Source of the DNA: Camelus dromedarius | Taxonomy: Eukaryota | Assembly: GCF_036321535.1 (NCBI RefSeq) | Contig: NC_087436.1 | Location: 6,696,001-6,760,000, forward strand | DNA: 64,000 nucleotides | Reading direction: 5' to 3' | Shown: positions 1 to 13,800 of the stretch, in pieces | Layout of the letters: the number at the start of each line of letters is the position of its first letter | Numbering within the stretch: the first letter of the stretch is position 1 | The notes under the pieces: generated by a model | The model's database searches: none | Seen by the model: only the letters and a program-made list of their open reading frames with translations | Told to the model about the DNA's origin: nothing | Program-made: the position numbers and the translations under genes

Positions 1-997
1 CAGCGTTCCAGACAGCAGGCAAGGGTACTCCACTGCCCGAGAAGAAAACAAAAAAAAACAAAACAAAACCTTGGTAGAGCTAAGCTAGTTTTTTTTCTAC
101 TTAGTAATTCTTTAAAAAATTCAGCCCTAACCCCAGGTGAGAATGTGGACTGCAGTACCAGATTTAGGGGACCCTCCTCTGATCTGGGGTCGGCTCTGCC
201 TTGATCCCCTGATTGAGGGTTTGTCTCAACCTCACTGCATCTTCTATTTTCCCTTCTAGAAAAAAAATTAAAGTGGTGGGCTGGGTGAGTCATCCCCAAA
301 AATGTAGTTTCCTCACTTCAGATCCATTGGACCAAATTCCTGGAAGTGGAGCCCCGTGAAGGTTTGCTCATTAAAAACAAACAGATGCAAAGAGCTTCTA
401 GGGTCTTTCTAGTGATGAGTCAAGTCTGGGAACCACCCGCCGGAGGGCGGGCGGTGTCTGAGCCCCATCCAGCTCCAGCATTCTGATGTCCGCCAGTACT
501 GACGAGACTCAGAGGGGCTGGAGAAATGTGAAGACCTCGGTAACCAACAGGGTCCAAACTATGTCAGTGGTCATTTTTTCCCACCTCGGGGAACACACCA
601 CGTGGATGTTTGAGGAAAGGTGTTCTCGAGAGAGGGAACAGCAAGTTCAGAGATCTTAAGGCAAAAGCATGCGTGATGTGCATGCTAAAAAGTGATGCCC
701 ATGATGCAGGGAGGGAGTGGTCCTTTGTGGGAGGGGAAATGGGCTGGGTGTGCTGGTGGTCAGGACCAGCAGCTGCTCACTGGGACCTGACAGGACTGAG
801 AGGAGGGGGTCTGCAAAACTTCGGAGCCAGGACAGAGACGTTTGGTGGCTGCAGCCAACACTCAAGTCACGTGTCCTTGGTTTCGTCGCCACAGGGACTT
901 CTCTAGCAGTTTATAGTAGTAGACCAAAATGATCTTCCCAGAATATCGCCATGACAGACTTTAAAACAGTGCTCATTACTCAAAGTTCCTGTATTTT

Positions 998-1140
998 GTT
1001 TTGTTTTTGTTTGGCGGCGGGGGGGGGGGGTAATTAGGTTTATGTATTATTATTATTTATTTAATGGAGGGACTGGGGATCAAACCCAGGACCTCGTGCA
1101 TGCTAAGCACGTGCTCTACCACTGAGCTATACCTTCCCCT
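998..1140 (-). mobile_element. tRNA-derived camelid-type SINE (Vic-1-like) with 18-bp TSD
   Basis: Minus strand reads GGTATAGCTCAGTGGTAGAG...GGTCCTGGGTTTGATCCCCAG plus an A-rich tail; TCAAAGTTCCTGTATTTT is duplicated at 980-997 and 1141-1158. Confidence 0.9.
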
Positions 1141-1189
1141 TCAAAGTTCCTGTATTTTAAAAGTTCCCTTGGCCATTGAATTTTTTTAC

Positions 1190-3430
1190 AAAACAGATTT
1201 TATTTTTTTAGAGCAGTTGTAGGTTCACTGCAAAATTAAGCAGAAAGAAGAGTTCCTCTCTCCTCCCTGCGCCAGGCTCCCAGCCTCCCCACTGTCCACA
1301 CCTCACGCCAGAGCTGGACACCCGTCACAAGGGCTGGCACCACAGCCGACACCGCATGTCGCTCCAACCTTGGCTGACGTTTGAGGGTCGCTCTTGGTGT
1401 TGCTCATTCTGTGGTTTGGACGAACGTGTAACAAAACCTACCCACCGACGTAGGGTCACACAGAGGCATTTCACTGCCCTAAAAGTCCTCCGTGCTCTGC
1501 CTGTTCTCACCCCCGACCCCGGCCACCACGCTGGTTTTGCCTCTTCTAGACTGTCATCGGGCTAGAACCACACAGGGTGCGGCCTTTTCAGGTGGCTTCT
1601 TCCACTTAGTGATCTGCAGTAAAGTTTCCTCCGTGAGTTTTCATGGCTTGATGGCTTCTTTCTTTCTTTTTTTTGTTGAAGTATAGTTGATTTACAATGT
1701 TGTGTTCGTTTCTGGTGTACAGCATAGTGATTCAAGTAGCTCATTTCTTTCTAGTGCCGAATAATGTTCCATTGTCTGGATGGAGCACAGTCTGCTTACC
1801 TGTCCGTCCACCGGAGGGCATCTTGGTGGCTTCCAGGTTTTGGCAGCCATGACTCGAGCTGCTGTAACTGTCCATGTGCAGGTTTTTGTATGTTCCTAAG
1901 TTTTGTTCCTTTGGGTGAATATCAAGGAGTGTGATTCCTAGGTTGTAAGGTAAGAGTTTGTTTAGTTTTATAAGAAGCTGCCCAGCTTCCAGAGTGGCTG
2001 TACCGTTTGGCGTTCCCACCAGCAGTGAGAGGCAGTTCCTGTTGCTCCACATCCTCTTAGCGTTTGGTGACGTCAGCGCGCTGGACTTCGGCCGTTCTGG
2101 TCGGTGGGCGGTGGCATTTCACGGTGCTTCGCTGTTGCTTTAATGTATGTTTCTCTGATGACTAAGACGTGGAGCACCTTTTTCATATGCTTACTTGCCA
2201 GCTGTGTATCGTTTGTGAGCTGCCTGTTCAGGTCTTTTGCTTATTTTAATTTTTGTTTTTGATTTTTAAATTGGATTGTTTGTTTTTTTTTTATTGTTGA
2301 GTGTTATGAGTCGTGTGTATATTTCGGATACCAGTCCTTTATCAGAATTATCTTTTGCAGATACTTTCTCCCATCCTGAGGCTTGCCTTCTGCTCCTTTT
2401 GATATTGTCTTTCACAGAGCAGAGATTTTAATTTTAACGAAGTCCAGCTTATCAGCTGTCTCATGGCTTGTGCGTTTGTGTTTTCATCACCATGCTCGAG
2501 GGCGTCTAGATTCTCTGCTGTGTTACCTTCTAGGAGTTTTATAGTTTTGCATTTTAGGTCTGTGACCTATTTTCTTTTTTCAAATCATACACAAAAATCA
2601 GTTTTATGTGTATGGTAGTTCTAAATATGAAAAGCAAACAATAAACCTTCTAGAAGATAACAGAAGACAAGCTCTTCATTGTGTATGGGTAGGAGTAGAT
2701 TTTTTAAACAGTATACAAAAAAATACTAATCATAAAGGAGATGATTGATAAACTTGACTATAAAATATTAAGATCCATGATCTATTTTGAGTTAAATTTT
2801 TGTAAAGGATTTTAGGGCCGTGTTGAGATTCATTCTTTCGTGTGTGGATGGCCACTTGCTCCAGCGCCGTCTGTTGAAAGACTGTCTTTTCACCATTGAA
2901 CTGCCTTTATTCCTTTGTCACAGGTCAGTTGACTACATGGGAGTCTGTGCCTGGGTTCTCTGCTCCTGTTCATTGGTCTGTGTGTCTGACCTTTCACCAG
3001 GACCACACTGTGTTTGCGGAGACTGTAGTGGGTCTTGAAGTTGGGTGGTGCCAGTCCTCTGACCCTCTTCTCCTCCTTCAGTATCGTGTTGGCTGTTCTG
3101 GGTCCTTTGTCTCCCTCCCATAAAGTTCAGACTCAGCATGTCAATATCCACAAAATAACTTGCTGGGGCTTTGATTGGGATTGACTCTATGGATCAAGTT
3201 GGGAAGAACTGACATCTGGAGTCTTCCACCCATGAGTGTGGAATGTCTCTCCAGGTATTTCGTTCTTTGATTTCTTTTATCAGAGCTTCACATTTTCCTC
3301 ATACAGAGCCAGTACATTTTTTGTTAGATTTATCCCTAAGTATTTCTTTTTTTTATGGGGGGGTTGCTAATCTATGATATTGCCTTTTTAATTTTAAAAT
3401 CCAAATGTTAATGCCAGTATATAGAATATT
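1190..3430 (-). mobile_element. Old L1 (L1M-type) 3' end and ORF2 remnant with nested insertions
   Basis: Typical antisense L1 text (gagcagttgtaggttcactgcaaaatt; cccaccagcagtgagag; ggagcacctttttcatatgctta; gatcaagttgggaagaactgacatc); short younger L1 tail at about 1661-1735. Confidence 0.8.
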
Positions 3431-4296
3431 TTAAAAAGTATTCTAACAGGTGTATTTTTCAGAGCATGGCTGCATTCATGTCACACTATCTACTGTCTTT
3501 TTTTTTAAAAAATGCCTCCTTTTTCTTTCATATTGTTACTAAACTTATTTTTAATATTTTTCTTAAGTATCTTCTCTGGTTATCAAAATGATGCAATTCT
3601 ATTACAAAGCATTTGGAAAATGCAAACAAATATAAAAACGAAAACCCAGATTACCCATAGTGCTGCCACACAAAGGTTTACTGCTGAGAATACTTTGATC
3701 TTCCGCCCTGCAGTCCTTTTGGGCACGCAGATGTTAGCTGCACTGGGCTGAGTGAGTCATGCGTCCTGTGCGGGTACAGAATCTGCTTTCTCACTTAGTG
3801 TTAACATGCTCCCCATGTCATTAAAATGTTTCTAAGACAGTCTTTAGTGGCCACTTGTGGCATCTTAAATGGATGGCGTCCAAACCTTTGGGAATGTTTT
3901 CCTAATGAGTTTTAGGAAAATTTAGTTTTCCAGCTTTTGACTGTTACAGTGCAGACAAAAACCCTATTTTTGTTCAAATTTCTGACGGTCTTCTAGGGAG
4001 GGAATTTTCCTTGGAGATTTTCGTGGTAGGAAACTTGAAGGAGACCCATTTTCCTTCCTCAACAGATTTGGAAAATGTGGATAGAAATTGGTCCAGTAGG
4101 TGGCAACCCCACCACCGTTAACCTTTGGGAAACAGCCAGTGGTCGGTTATCGACCTTCAGGGTCCACACCGTGCGTGTCCTGAGCAGCTCGGGCACCCAC
4201 GGGCCTGGGCACATGGGACTCGCCCTGTAACCCTGATGTCCAGGAGTTGAGGATCCGATCAGTATGTGTGCGGCCTGCGGATCAGAACTGATTCCT

Positions 4297-4418
4297 GGGC
4301 AGAGAGGGTATAGCTCAGGGGTAGAGTGTGTGCTCAGCATGCGCAAGGTCCTGGGTTCCATCCTTGGGACCTCCATTAAAATAAATAAATAAACCTAATT
4401 ACCTCCCCCCTAAAAAAA
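4297..4418 (+). mobile_element. Vic-1-like SINE
   Basis: GAGGGTATAGCTCAGGGGTAGAG...GGTCCTGGGTTCCATCC...ATAAACCTAATTACCTCCCCCC followed by an A tail. Confidence 0.88.
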
Positions 4419-5514
4419 GCACTGAGTCCCTCCCCCGGGACAGGAGGGGCGGGGGGTGTGGCAGGCAGGTGTGACCCTCCTGGGGACTGTGCCTCTTCTT
4501 GGAAACCTGAAGCAAAGATAAGGACCCCCCCAACTCTGACATCTTTCATAGGTTAAATCACTTCTTAAAGGGTAGAATGTGAGGGTTTTTCCTTAATGTT
4601 TTAAAAAACATTATGTCTATATATCTTCAAAGATGATACATTCACTTAGTTCAATGATAAAAATACACATTTGAAAATTGATGCCCCCACCTCTTTTTTC
4701 CCCATCCCATTTAGGTCATCAGTTTTATTAGCTTCTTACAAATTCTTTTTTTCTCTTCCCTCTCATTTTAAAAGCTGTTAATGCTCTCTCTTTTTTTATG
4801 ACACGTTCCCATTACACAGGAAGTACAGACTACATTACAATAGCCATGTGTGTAACCACAACCCAGTTTTCTTAAATCTTACAAGTTTGCCCCTTTTTGC
4901 TTCACGTGTATGATTTCTTTTTTAAAAGAACTAAAACATCAAGGAAGCAGGTGGCGCTTCCTGCTCAGTCCTCCTGGGCCCCGTCTTCTCCGTCCTTCCT
5001 TCCAGAGGCGACCCCTGTCTGTGCGACGGCTCTCATTCCTCTGCGTCTCTGTGGGTTGCTGGCTGTGATGTTTCCATCAGTCATACTGGGCTACATGTAC
5101 CTAATGCTATAGAACGGGTATCACACTGCACATATTATTTTGATGCTCACTTCCTTATACAGCTGTATGTTTCTGAGATTCGTTCACATTTATCCATGTA
5201 GCTCCAGTTCCTTAATGCTAACCTCAGTATAGTCAATTCATTGTGTAAGTCAGTAAACTCATTTTGCAAATATGCTGCAGTTTATGTATCTATTAGTCTA
5301 TTGATGAGCATTTCAATTAAAAAAATTTACTATTATAGACAACATTGCAATGAGTAGTAGAATTACACGTGTCCCTGTCTGCACATCTGCATGAATTTTA
5401 CCAGATATATGCCTACGAAAGAGTGGGGTTTAGGTGTTAGGAAGTGTGCATGTTGGTCCCACTCCAACATCATCTTTGGGAGGAGGGTAGAGGGTGTAAA
5501 TTGAATCTCGGTCT

Positions 5515-6005
5515 CTTTGAAAACAGCTTTATTGAGATGTAATTCACGTATCATACATCCATCCATTTAAAGTGTAGACACACTTCAGTAGATTTGACTG
5601 TGTTCACAGACTTGCACCACCACCACCACGTCAACTTCAGAACGTTTTCATTACCCTTAAAAGAGACTCCACACAAAATGTACCTGTCCTCCCCCCGTGC
5701 CCCTACCTCCAGCTCTAGTCAGCCACTAACTTACCATCTGTCTCTATGACTTGCCTGTTCTGGACGTTTTCTATAAACAGAATCATCCAATAGATGATCC
5801 TTTGTGAGGACTTCCTTCACTTACCGTGATGTTTTCAGGGTTGACCCGCATTCTGACCTGGATTGGCCCTTCGCTCCTCTCTGTTACTGAGTGACGTTCT
5901 GTTGCGTGGATAGACCAGATTTTATTTATCCAGTGATGGACACGTGGCTTTTTCCACGCTTTGGCTACCATGAGTGATGCTATTCTAAAGATTCCTGGAC
6001 AAGTG
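5515..6005 (-). mobile_element. Old L1 (L1MB-like) 3' end
   Basis: aaacagctttattgagatgtaattcac...ctgtctctatgacttgcctgttctggac. Confidence 0.75.
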
Positions 6006-7380
6006 TTTATGTGGGTCTTTTTTTTTTTCTGGATGAAGAAATTAGAGTCTGGATGCAGTAGGAACAGAAGGCAGAGGTCCAGGTGTCCAGCCGGTGCAGG
6101 TGGGTGAGAAGCCGCAGGGGCCCCTTCTCCGGCGCCCTTGGCCGTGGTGGCTCACAGCTCCCCCGCCGTTGCTGGGTGGCGGAGACTCGTGGCTGCCGGC
6201 GTGGCATCCCGACCACTGCTGCATGTCCACTTGTGGTGCCTTCTGTGGCGTCGTACACGTCCTGGCCTCGAGTCCCAACTCCCAGACACCATGCTGGTCC
6301 CTCCCTAGGATGGCTCTCCAGTTGTCTTTTGTCTTCCCAGCCAGCTAGGGACAGCATTTCCAGGCCGTGTAATTTAAAAGCCAAGCCTAGGAGGTGCAGT
6401 TTGTCTGCTGGGTCCCCTCTGTCCAGGGCCGGGAGCAGACCTCAAGACCTGGAACTCCCTTCCAGAACCGATGGCACAAAACGCCACTTCTGATAAACTA
6501 GCCTCGCTCTTCACCTGGGAGACCAGAACATTCCAAGGGCAGAGCTGTTCTTCCTCTTCCTGCTTTTTAAAAATTCAGTTTATTTGAACCAAATCATTTT
6601 CTATTTCTTCCATGCAGAAGTCAGCGAACATGAATACACGTTCTTCCTTCTCCCGCGGGAGGCGGCGTGCCCTGCGCCGGCAGCTGCGCTGTCCCGGGGC
6701 TCGGCTGTGTCCCCTGTGGCCGTGCAGGACGCACTGTCGCACGTGCACCCACCAGCGCTGCTTTGTGGTCTGTCGTGCGGGTGGAGCAGAGTGACTTGGA
6801 GCTGTCTCTGCCCGTGTCCAGCCCGGTTGTTTCCGCCTCCTGCTTTTAGGAGTCGAGCTGCAGTCACGCCCTTGCAACTGTTTTATTCCGGCAGCAGGCT
6901 GGGTGGGTCCCAGGCCAAAAGCACTGGTGATGCTGAGAGCTGTGACACATCCCCTCCCTCCTAGTCGTGTTGAGTCTCCGCCCGTGGTTCTCTCGTGTGG
7001 GTGTCTGAACTTGTGGAGTTTCGCCAGTCTAGCAGGTGTACGAGTTTAATTTGCTGTTCTCTTTCTAAGAACGACAGCTAGCATCTTTTTGTGTATTTAA
7101 GGACCATCTTATTTTTGTTTTCCTTTGAACCCTCTGTATCCGTTGCCCACATTCCCAGTGGTTTCCAAATCTTTATCGATTTCTGGATGTTCTTTATATA
7201 GTATGGAGATGAATCCTTTGTAATATGAGCTGCTGATTTTTTTGGTGAACTTTTAAAAAGCCCTTGATCACTTTTTCCTCCTAATTGAGGTCATAGCATA
7301 TATATATACGTGTCCTGCTTTTCAGTCTTAACACTATGTCACCAGCATTTTTTGTGTGTTTTTGGGGGGTTTTATCTGTT

Positions 7381-7491
7381 TTTTTGTTTTGAGGGTGGTA
7401 ATTAGATTTATTTGTTTATTTTTAGGGAGGCGCTGGGGATTGAACCCAGGACCTTGTGCATGCTAAGCACATGCTCTACCACTGAGCTCTC
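7381..7491 (-). mobile_element. Vic-1-like SINE
   Basis: ctggggattgaacccaggaccttgtgcatgctaagcacatgctctaccactgagct. Confidence 0.85.
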
Positions 7492-8327
7492 ACTGAGTTT
7501 GAGAATTTTTATTTCTCAAACCTGTCATGTTTTGACACCTCAGTCAGAGACACAGAGGGAGGTCCTGGAGCAGAGCATGTGACCCTGTTTGCTAGTGACG
7601 TTAAGGTGGTGTCACAGCGCTGTGGGAAGAGCACGGAGTTTGGAGTCAGGAGACGTTGGTTTGAGTCCTGACTCTGACACTGGTTCTAAGCCTATAAACA
7701 TCTCCTACCTTTTGTGCAAAACAGACGGTATGATGCAGACTCTCCCGGACGTCGGGGAGGGCCAGCTCGGCGCTCTCCGGGGGTCTGTAGGCAGCTATTT
7801 CCCACGTGCGGTGCAGCTGGCATCACCTGCCCTCCCCGCCCACACCCAACAACAGGCCTTCTAGAACCGGTGTCTCCAGGCTCTGAGATTACGTGGTGAA
7901 AAAGGACACTTACTTAATACAGTGTGAATCAATTTGACACAGTCCTGGGGCAATAATAACAAATGCAAAGCCATAAATAGTTTTAATGAATGAGAAGGGG
8001 GATTACATTCTTAGAGAGACGCTTCGCCCTGTCCTAAGGGGAGGCGGGGTGGGGCAGGGTGGGGACACGTGTCTCTGAATGCTGAGAAGGAAAGCCGGCA
8101 GATGTCCACAACGGGGGCCAAACTGGCTCGGAACGGCCCGAGGTCATGAAGGTGGATTCGCTGCAGGACTTGACCCACTGCCTCGTGCTCCACAGCCAAG
8201 CATCTTCAAGCAAACAGTAATTAAGGTTGTTTAAGTCAATACTCGAGTCTTTGACGGGTTAAAAAAAAAAAAGTGTTCCTGTTGTGATCCTCAGTTTCAT
8301 TATTTTTTTCTTTTTTAAAAAATTTGC

Positions 8328-8425
8328 ATCTTTTTTATTGAAGTATCGTCAGCTTACAATGCTGTCAGTTTCTGGTGTACAGCATCATGTTTCAGTCAGG
8401 CACATACATATATTCATATATTTTT
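8328..8425 (-). mobile_element. Short younger L1 3' end
   Basis: tttattgaagtatcgtcagcttacaatgctgtcagtttctggtgtacagca; same family as the copies at 27773 and 55868. Confidence 0.7.
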
Positions 8426-11400
8426 AATTTTTCAAGAGCCAGGACAGTCATGTGGTTAAGGTCCAGAAGGCACGGAGTGCTGGTGCACAGCTGCAGCAGG
8501 CTCTGCGTGTCCTCACGGTGACAGGGCTCCCCGTTGTCCCCGCTCTGCAGAGGAGGGTGCTGAGCCTGGCCACGTCCTAGGCAGGGGCCGGACGAGGACT
8601 GGAACCCAGAGTCCGCACGCTTCCTCACTGCGCTGCCTCGCAGATATACACGTAAAGGTGTTTTCCACTCCAGATGGGACCATCCTTACAATGACAGCTC
8701 CTTCTAGAGATGACTCTATGCACGTATAACAAAATCCAGAGTTCTTCCCCTCGTTTTTCCTTTTTCAAAAATACATATGGTAGTGTCCTGCACACGCTGT
8801 TTTATACTTTTTTTCCAGGGCAGACGATGTCCTGGAGCTTATTCTGTAACCTCATAAGGAGCATCCTCGTCCGCTGCCCTGTCCGTATAGTGCTCTGTAG
8901 CATGGACGTGCTGTGATTTCTTTAGCCACCCCCGTGGGTGTTTGTCCCAGTCCTTTGCTGTTCCAAATGCTGCTGCAGTGGATCCCTTTTGTGTGTAATC
9001 ATTTTGGACCCTGCAGGTTGGTCTGTGGGATTAATTCCTGCAAATGGAATTGTGGGTCAAAGAGCATGTGAGTTTGTGTGTTTGTACCTCCCCCCCTTAT
9101 TTTGGCCCCTACCTCTGCCCCTCGGCCCAGCTCTGCCTCCTGCTCACCTGTACCCATCTCTTCTAAAAATAGTATTTTATAACCAGAGGTAGGTGTACGG
9201 TTTCTGTTTTTTGGCTTTCTCATTTGCAAACAAAAGACCATGTGGAGAATATCTCGCTTTTGACCCCTGGAAACCTCTAGGGGAAACCGTGATTTCTTCA
9301 TCTGTGAACGGGTTAGATGGATTGAGAATTAGTTAATACATAAGGCAGTGTCGTGACTATTTACTTCGAAATTCATTCACTCCCATGTTATTAGCAGGCA
9401 GCTTCCCTGGGTGGAGAGGAGGAGGGAACCTTGCCTTCAGGAAAAGGCACAACACCATGCTGATGGAGGTTAGCTCTCAGCAGGGCTGGAAGTCACAGCC
9501 CAGTGGTCCTGGAGCGCAGCGATGCATGCTGACTGCTGTGGTTATGCGGACGAGCGTGTGAGAGAATCAGCTCAGGGAGTACGGGATTGAGGCACACAGG
9601 GGGACGGACAGCAAGGCTGCTTAAATACAGGTGGTTTCCAGTTTCTAGATACCAGAAAAGAGTTAGTCATGCTGTTTGATGAATTAACAAACCATTTTGG
9701 AAAGCATAAGCCACTACGAGCCATACTTAGAGATTCTGTAAGATTTTAAATGGGAGAAAGGGAAGAAGGTGTAATAATGACAGCAAAACCTAGGAAGCCA
9801 GCCTCGGGCAGGATCCTGGGACACCTGCCCCCTCGGGGTCTCCCTTGCCTGGAGAGAACTTGCCCCTTTCCCCTTGAGATGTCGGCAGTGTCTTCTGAAC
9901 GTTCTACTGATCGGAGCTGTGTTCGTGTTAAGAAGCCTGCTAAGCACAGCGCCACGTCCTTCCAGGGAGGTGAGGGCGCCACGTGGGGGCGGAGATGGGT
10001 TCACGGAGGCCGCTCTCCTCCTAGGACCTGGCTGAGGTCACCTGTTCTGAAGGACACTGTGCCCACGCAGTTGACCATTTGAGATTACGGCGTGTCAGCG
10101 TCAGAAGGACACGAGCTTGAGGGATGATTCTGGCCACAGCCGTCCTTACAAAGCAGGGAGCTGGAGGGTGACTGGGCTCAGGCGCTGCCTCCTGCCTGGG
10201 AGCCGGGCGGCCTGACGTCCAGCGTGGCGCTCTGCTGGGCTGTCGCCGCCACGGTGGCCCCGGGCCGATGGTGCCGTGATGCCACACAGACTTCACCTGA
10301 ACCAGGAAGGGGGCCGGAATTTGCCTTTCCCTCTCGTGTGTGGCACCGTTCCCCGCCTGCAGCACCCAAACTTCCAGCCGTGTCGCGACTCATCGGGTTC
10401 TGTCGTTGCTGTGTGGGCGTGTTATATAAACACTGTGTGGCTCCAGCTTGTGACCTCGTGGCCACGCATAGCCCCGTCCCAGCGCGCAGAGCCCCGCCGC
10501 GAGGCACCAGCAGCCCCCACGGCCGGCGTGTTGGGACCGCGCACGTTCACGGTCACGTGGGAGACCCTGACCTTCCCTCAGACGTAGGAAGTGTTTCCCT
10601 GAGCAACAAACTCATCCTATGATCCCCAAATCCTAAACTCTCTGAAAAAACTTTTGGAACTGACCTGAACGGTTGTAAGGCTATTTGTAGTCTCTCGATA
10701 ATCCATTGAGCGTAAACGTCCATCACTTGGGCTGGTGAAATACTGACTTGTTTGGTCTGGGGGTTTGATCACACCTCAGCCCCGGAGGAGATGTTCTGTA
10801 ATACGTGGCATAAGCTTCTTTCTCAGATCAAAACAGTCTGAATGCCCAGGATCTCAGTGAAAGAATTGCGTATCTGGACTTCTCTGAGTTAGGCTGTACA
10901 GTGTTCAAAGTGCTTTCCTACTGATTTTCTGTCTTCCCAACAGCCCTGTGAGGTCGGTAAGGCAGATGCATTTGGGGAGAGCTGAGCTCCAGGGTACGGA
11001 CTCCCGAGTTCCCTGGGATGGCAGTGGCAGAGCCGGGAGCCCTGTCCACCCTGGAGGATGCTGACCATGTCCCAGGCACCGCGTCATCTGTGACCTGGAC
11101 CAGTGCCTCACCCGAGCTGGGCAGACTGACCTCTCCTTCCTCATAGAGACGTTTACCGCAGTGATGGGACAGTTTACTGACTGGTTTGTGTGTTGACCTT
11201 CCCTACCAGATTGTGAGCATCTGGAGGTAGGAGCTGGATCTGGTTGGCTTCTGTTTCTGGTGACTTTCACGGCACCGGGGTCCAGCCAGGCTCTGAGGGC
11301 AGGCATGGTCCCCGGGGCTCAGGTCTCAGGGCTCCTTCCCAGCCAGGCTGCCGACGGTCAGGATTGATTCTTTCACACCACACGTTTCTTTTACAAAAAC

Positions 11401-12959
11401 AAAAAAGACCTACATATCACCTACTTTTTAAAGACGAAAAAAGTTACAGCCAACATCCGATATCAGTTTCTTCTGGGGAAGTAACAGTGGGAGACGTTTA
11501 ATTGGAATCATTTTAAAATTCTGTCCTTAGGTCAGCATTATGTATTAAAGCTGCTGGTGAGAACGTGAACCTTCCAGAACTTTTTTTCTGCTATACTCTT
11601 GACCACAGGACAGCAATTCAGAGGTGAATTTTTTTTTTTTTTTTGTAGCTCTTCCAAAACAAAAAACCGGGCACTTTGTGAAGCTGTATCAGTACAAAAT
11701 AGGGGAAGAAAGAAAAGCCAGCTAATTTGCAAATCGGTTTTCCTGTTAGTCAGCTTCCTGAGCTCCTGACCTGGCAAAAAAGAAATGAAGAATTCCAAAT
11801 ATGTTACTACCATCTATTTACATAACTTTTTCTTGCCTAAATAGCCCGTTACTGGGCAGGAAATAATGAATATTTGTGCCAACCGGGTGAACTAGTTTCC
11901 CCTCCCCCGACCCTGTGTGCCTGCACTTCCAGGAGACAGTCATAGGGCCCCCTGCACTGTTCTGAGAAGGGTTTCTCTTTGTATTTAGGAGCTTGTTTTG
12001 AGAGTGAGAAGAGGGGCAGTAGGGGCAGAAGAGCCCAGATGAGGGTTTACGGGAGCTGGGGGGACGTTATGCGAACACAGCGAGGTCATCACGGGAGCAG
12101 GAGTCACGCTTTGTTCGCAGCTGCATCCCAGTGCCTGGGATGCTGGGCGCGTGGACGGTGCCCGCCGGTCTCTGTTGTGATCATTATCGTGGGCTTTGTG
12201 TGACCTTTTCTCTGACCGTGTGGAGTTCCCTGTCACATTCTCAGATCACAAGACGGCGCCTGAAACTCCTCCCTTGAACCTATTTTGACTATTTTTGTTT
12301 CCTTGCGGGAGAGCAAAAGGCAAAGCATTCTTGAAGGGTCCTTCCCTCATAGACCAGGTTTCAACACAGACACCCCCAAGCCCCTTCCAGCCTGACCCCT
12401 GCTGTCGCTCGAGAGGAATCGGACTCCAGCACCGTGGGTCCTGGAGGACGTGGCCAGTCGCCCTGCAGCAAATCACCACCACTGCCCTCACCCTTACTGG
12501 CAGGACTCCTGGAAACCCTGGGTTCCCCAGTCAGGGCTGCCTCTCCGCTTGCCCCGAAAATGGTTCCCTCCACCAGCGTTAGTTCTCTCCTGAAACACAG
12601 GTCAGGACACGTCGTGCTCTTTCTTAGAAAGTTTGATTGGCACGTACACCACTGCGTTTGGAGCAGACATACAGTCCTTGACTCCGTGGTCCAGGCCCTC
12701 CATCCGTGGTCCCCAAACTCACCAGCCTCCTCTTCTGTGCAGCTGTTCTGCACTAGAGCCTCTCCCAACCCCCAGGATGGTGGGTGACTTTGGACCCCTC
12801 GACTCTGTGTCTGCCCCGCCTCCGTCTGCCTTGACTCCCCCCAGGCACCACACGTCCAGTCCCCGAATCCTCCATCCCCTCATTAGTCCCCTGCTTCTGG
12901 GGACGTTTCTGTCCCCTCTCCTGCCTTGTCCTCTTGTTTTCAGGTTGTCTCTTCCAGCT

Positions 12960-13272
12960 CCTTGAGAGGAGGGACTCACACATTGCTTCCCTGTCGTGTC
13001 CCCCGAGTGCCAGTGTCCCTGGGTTCTCCTGGGCTTGTAGAGGCACGTCCCCAGGCTCCGTCCCCGTCATCACATGGCCATCTCCCCTCTGGGTCTGTGA
13101 CAGGTTTCCCTCCTCCTGTGTATACACCATTCACTGGATTAGGACCCGTCCTAACCTGGTGTGGTCTCAGATCACACTTGCAGAGACCCCGTTTCCAACC
13201 AAGGTCATATTCAGAGGTGCCAGGAATTAGGAACTGATTATATCTTCTGGGGGAGCACACTTCAACCACGAC
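12960..13272 (-). mobile_element. MaLR (MLT1-like) LTR fragment
   Basis: catcacatggccatctcc...tggattaggacccgtcctaa...gcagagaccccgtttccaaccaaggtcatattcagaggt...cacttcaaccacgaca. Confidence 0.75.
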
Positions 13273-13690
13273 ACATGATTGTATCTATTGTATCTATTTT
13301 AGAGACAGTTTGTTTTCTGTGCTTAGAATCGTCTGAACCGTTGCTTATCACCTTTCAGATACGTAACTGAGACTTTGGCCACTCGCTTCCCACTCTTAAT
13401 GAGTAGTTCTAGAAGTAAGACCTGGTTTTACCTCCGACCAGGCAAATCTTAGCATCATGGAATTTTCAGACTGGGTAGGGTCCATGTAAGTCCTTTCATT
13501 TAAATTTTGCTGTAGGAAAAGGTAGACCAGTCACCTTATTTTCTTGTGCCTCAGGTCATACAGCTGTAACCATAAAGTTGACAAATACAGTGTCCCCCCG
13601 TGCCAGAGACAACGGTCTTACTTTGCTTTCAACAAAAGCAGAGAAATGTGGCGTTTCTGATTAGAATCAATGTCTTTAAAATACTAGCCA

Positions 13691-13800
13691 GAAAGAATAT
13701 GAAAATGAATATACGTATGCATATGCATGACTGGGACACTGTGCTGTACACCAGAAATGGACACATTGTAACTGCCTGTACTTCAATTAAGAAAAAAAAA
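13691..13800 (+). mobile_element. 5'-truncated L1 3' end with poly(A) and TSD
   Basis: tgtgctgtacaccagaaatggacacattgtaactgcctgtacttcaattaagaaaaaaaaa; flanked by aaaatactagcca / aaaatactaccca. Confidence 0.8.
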
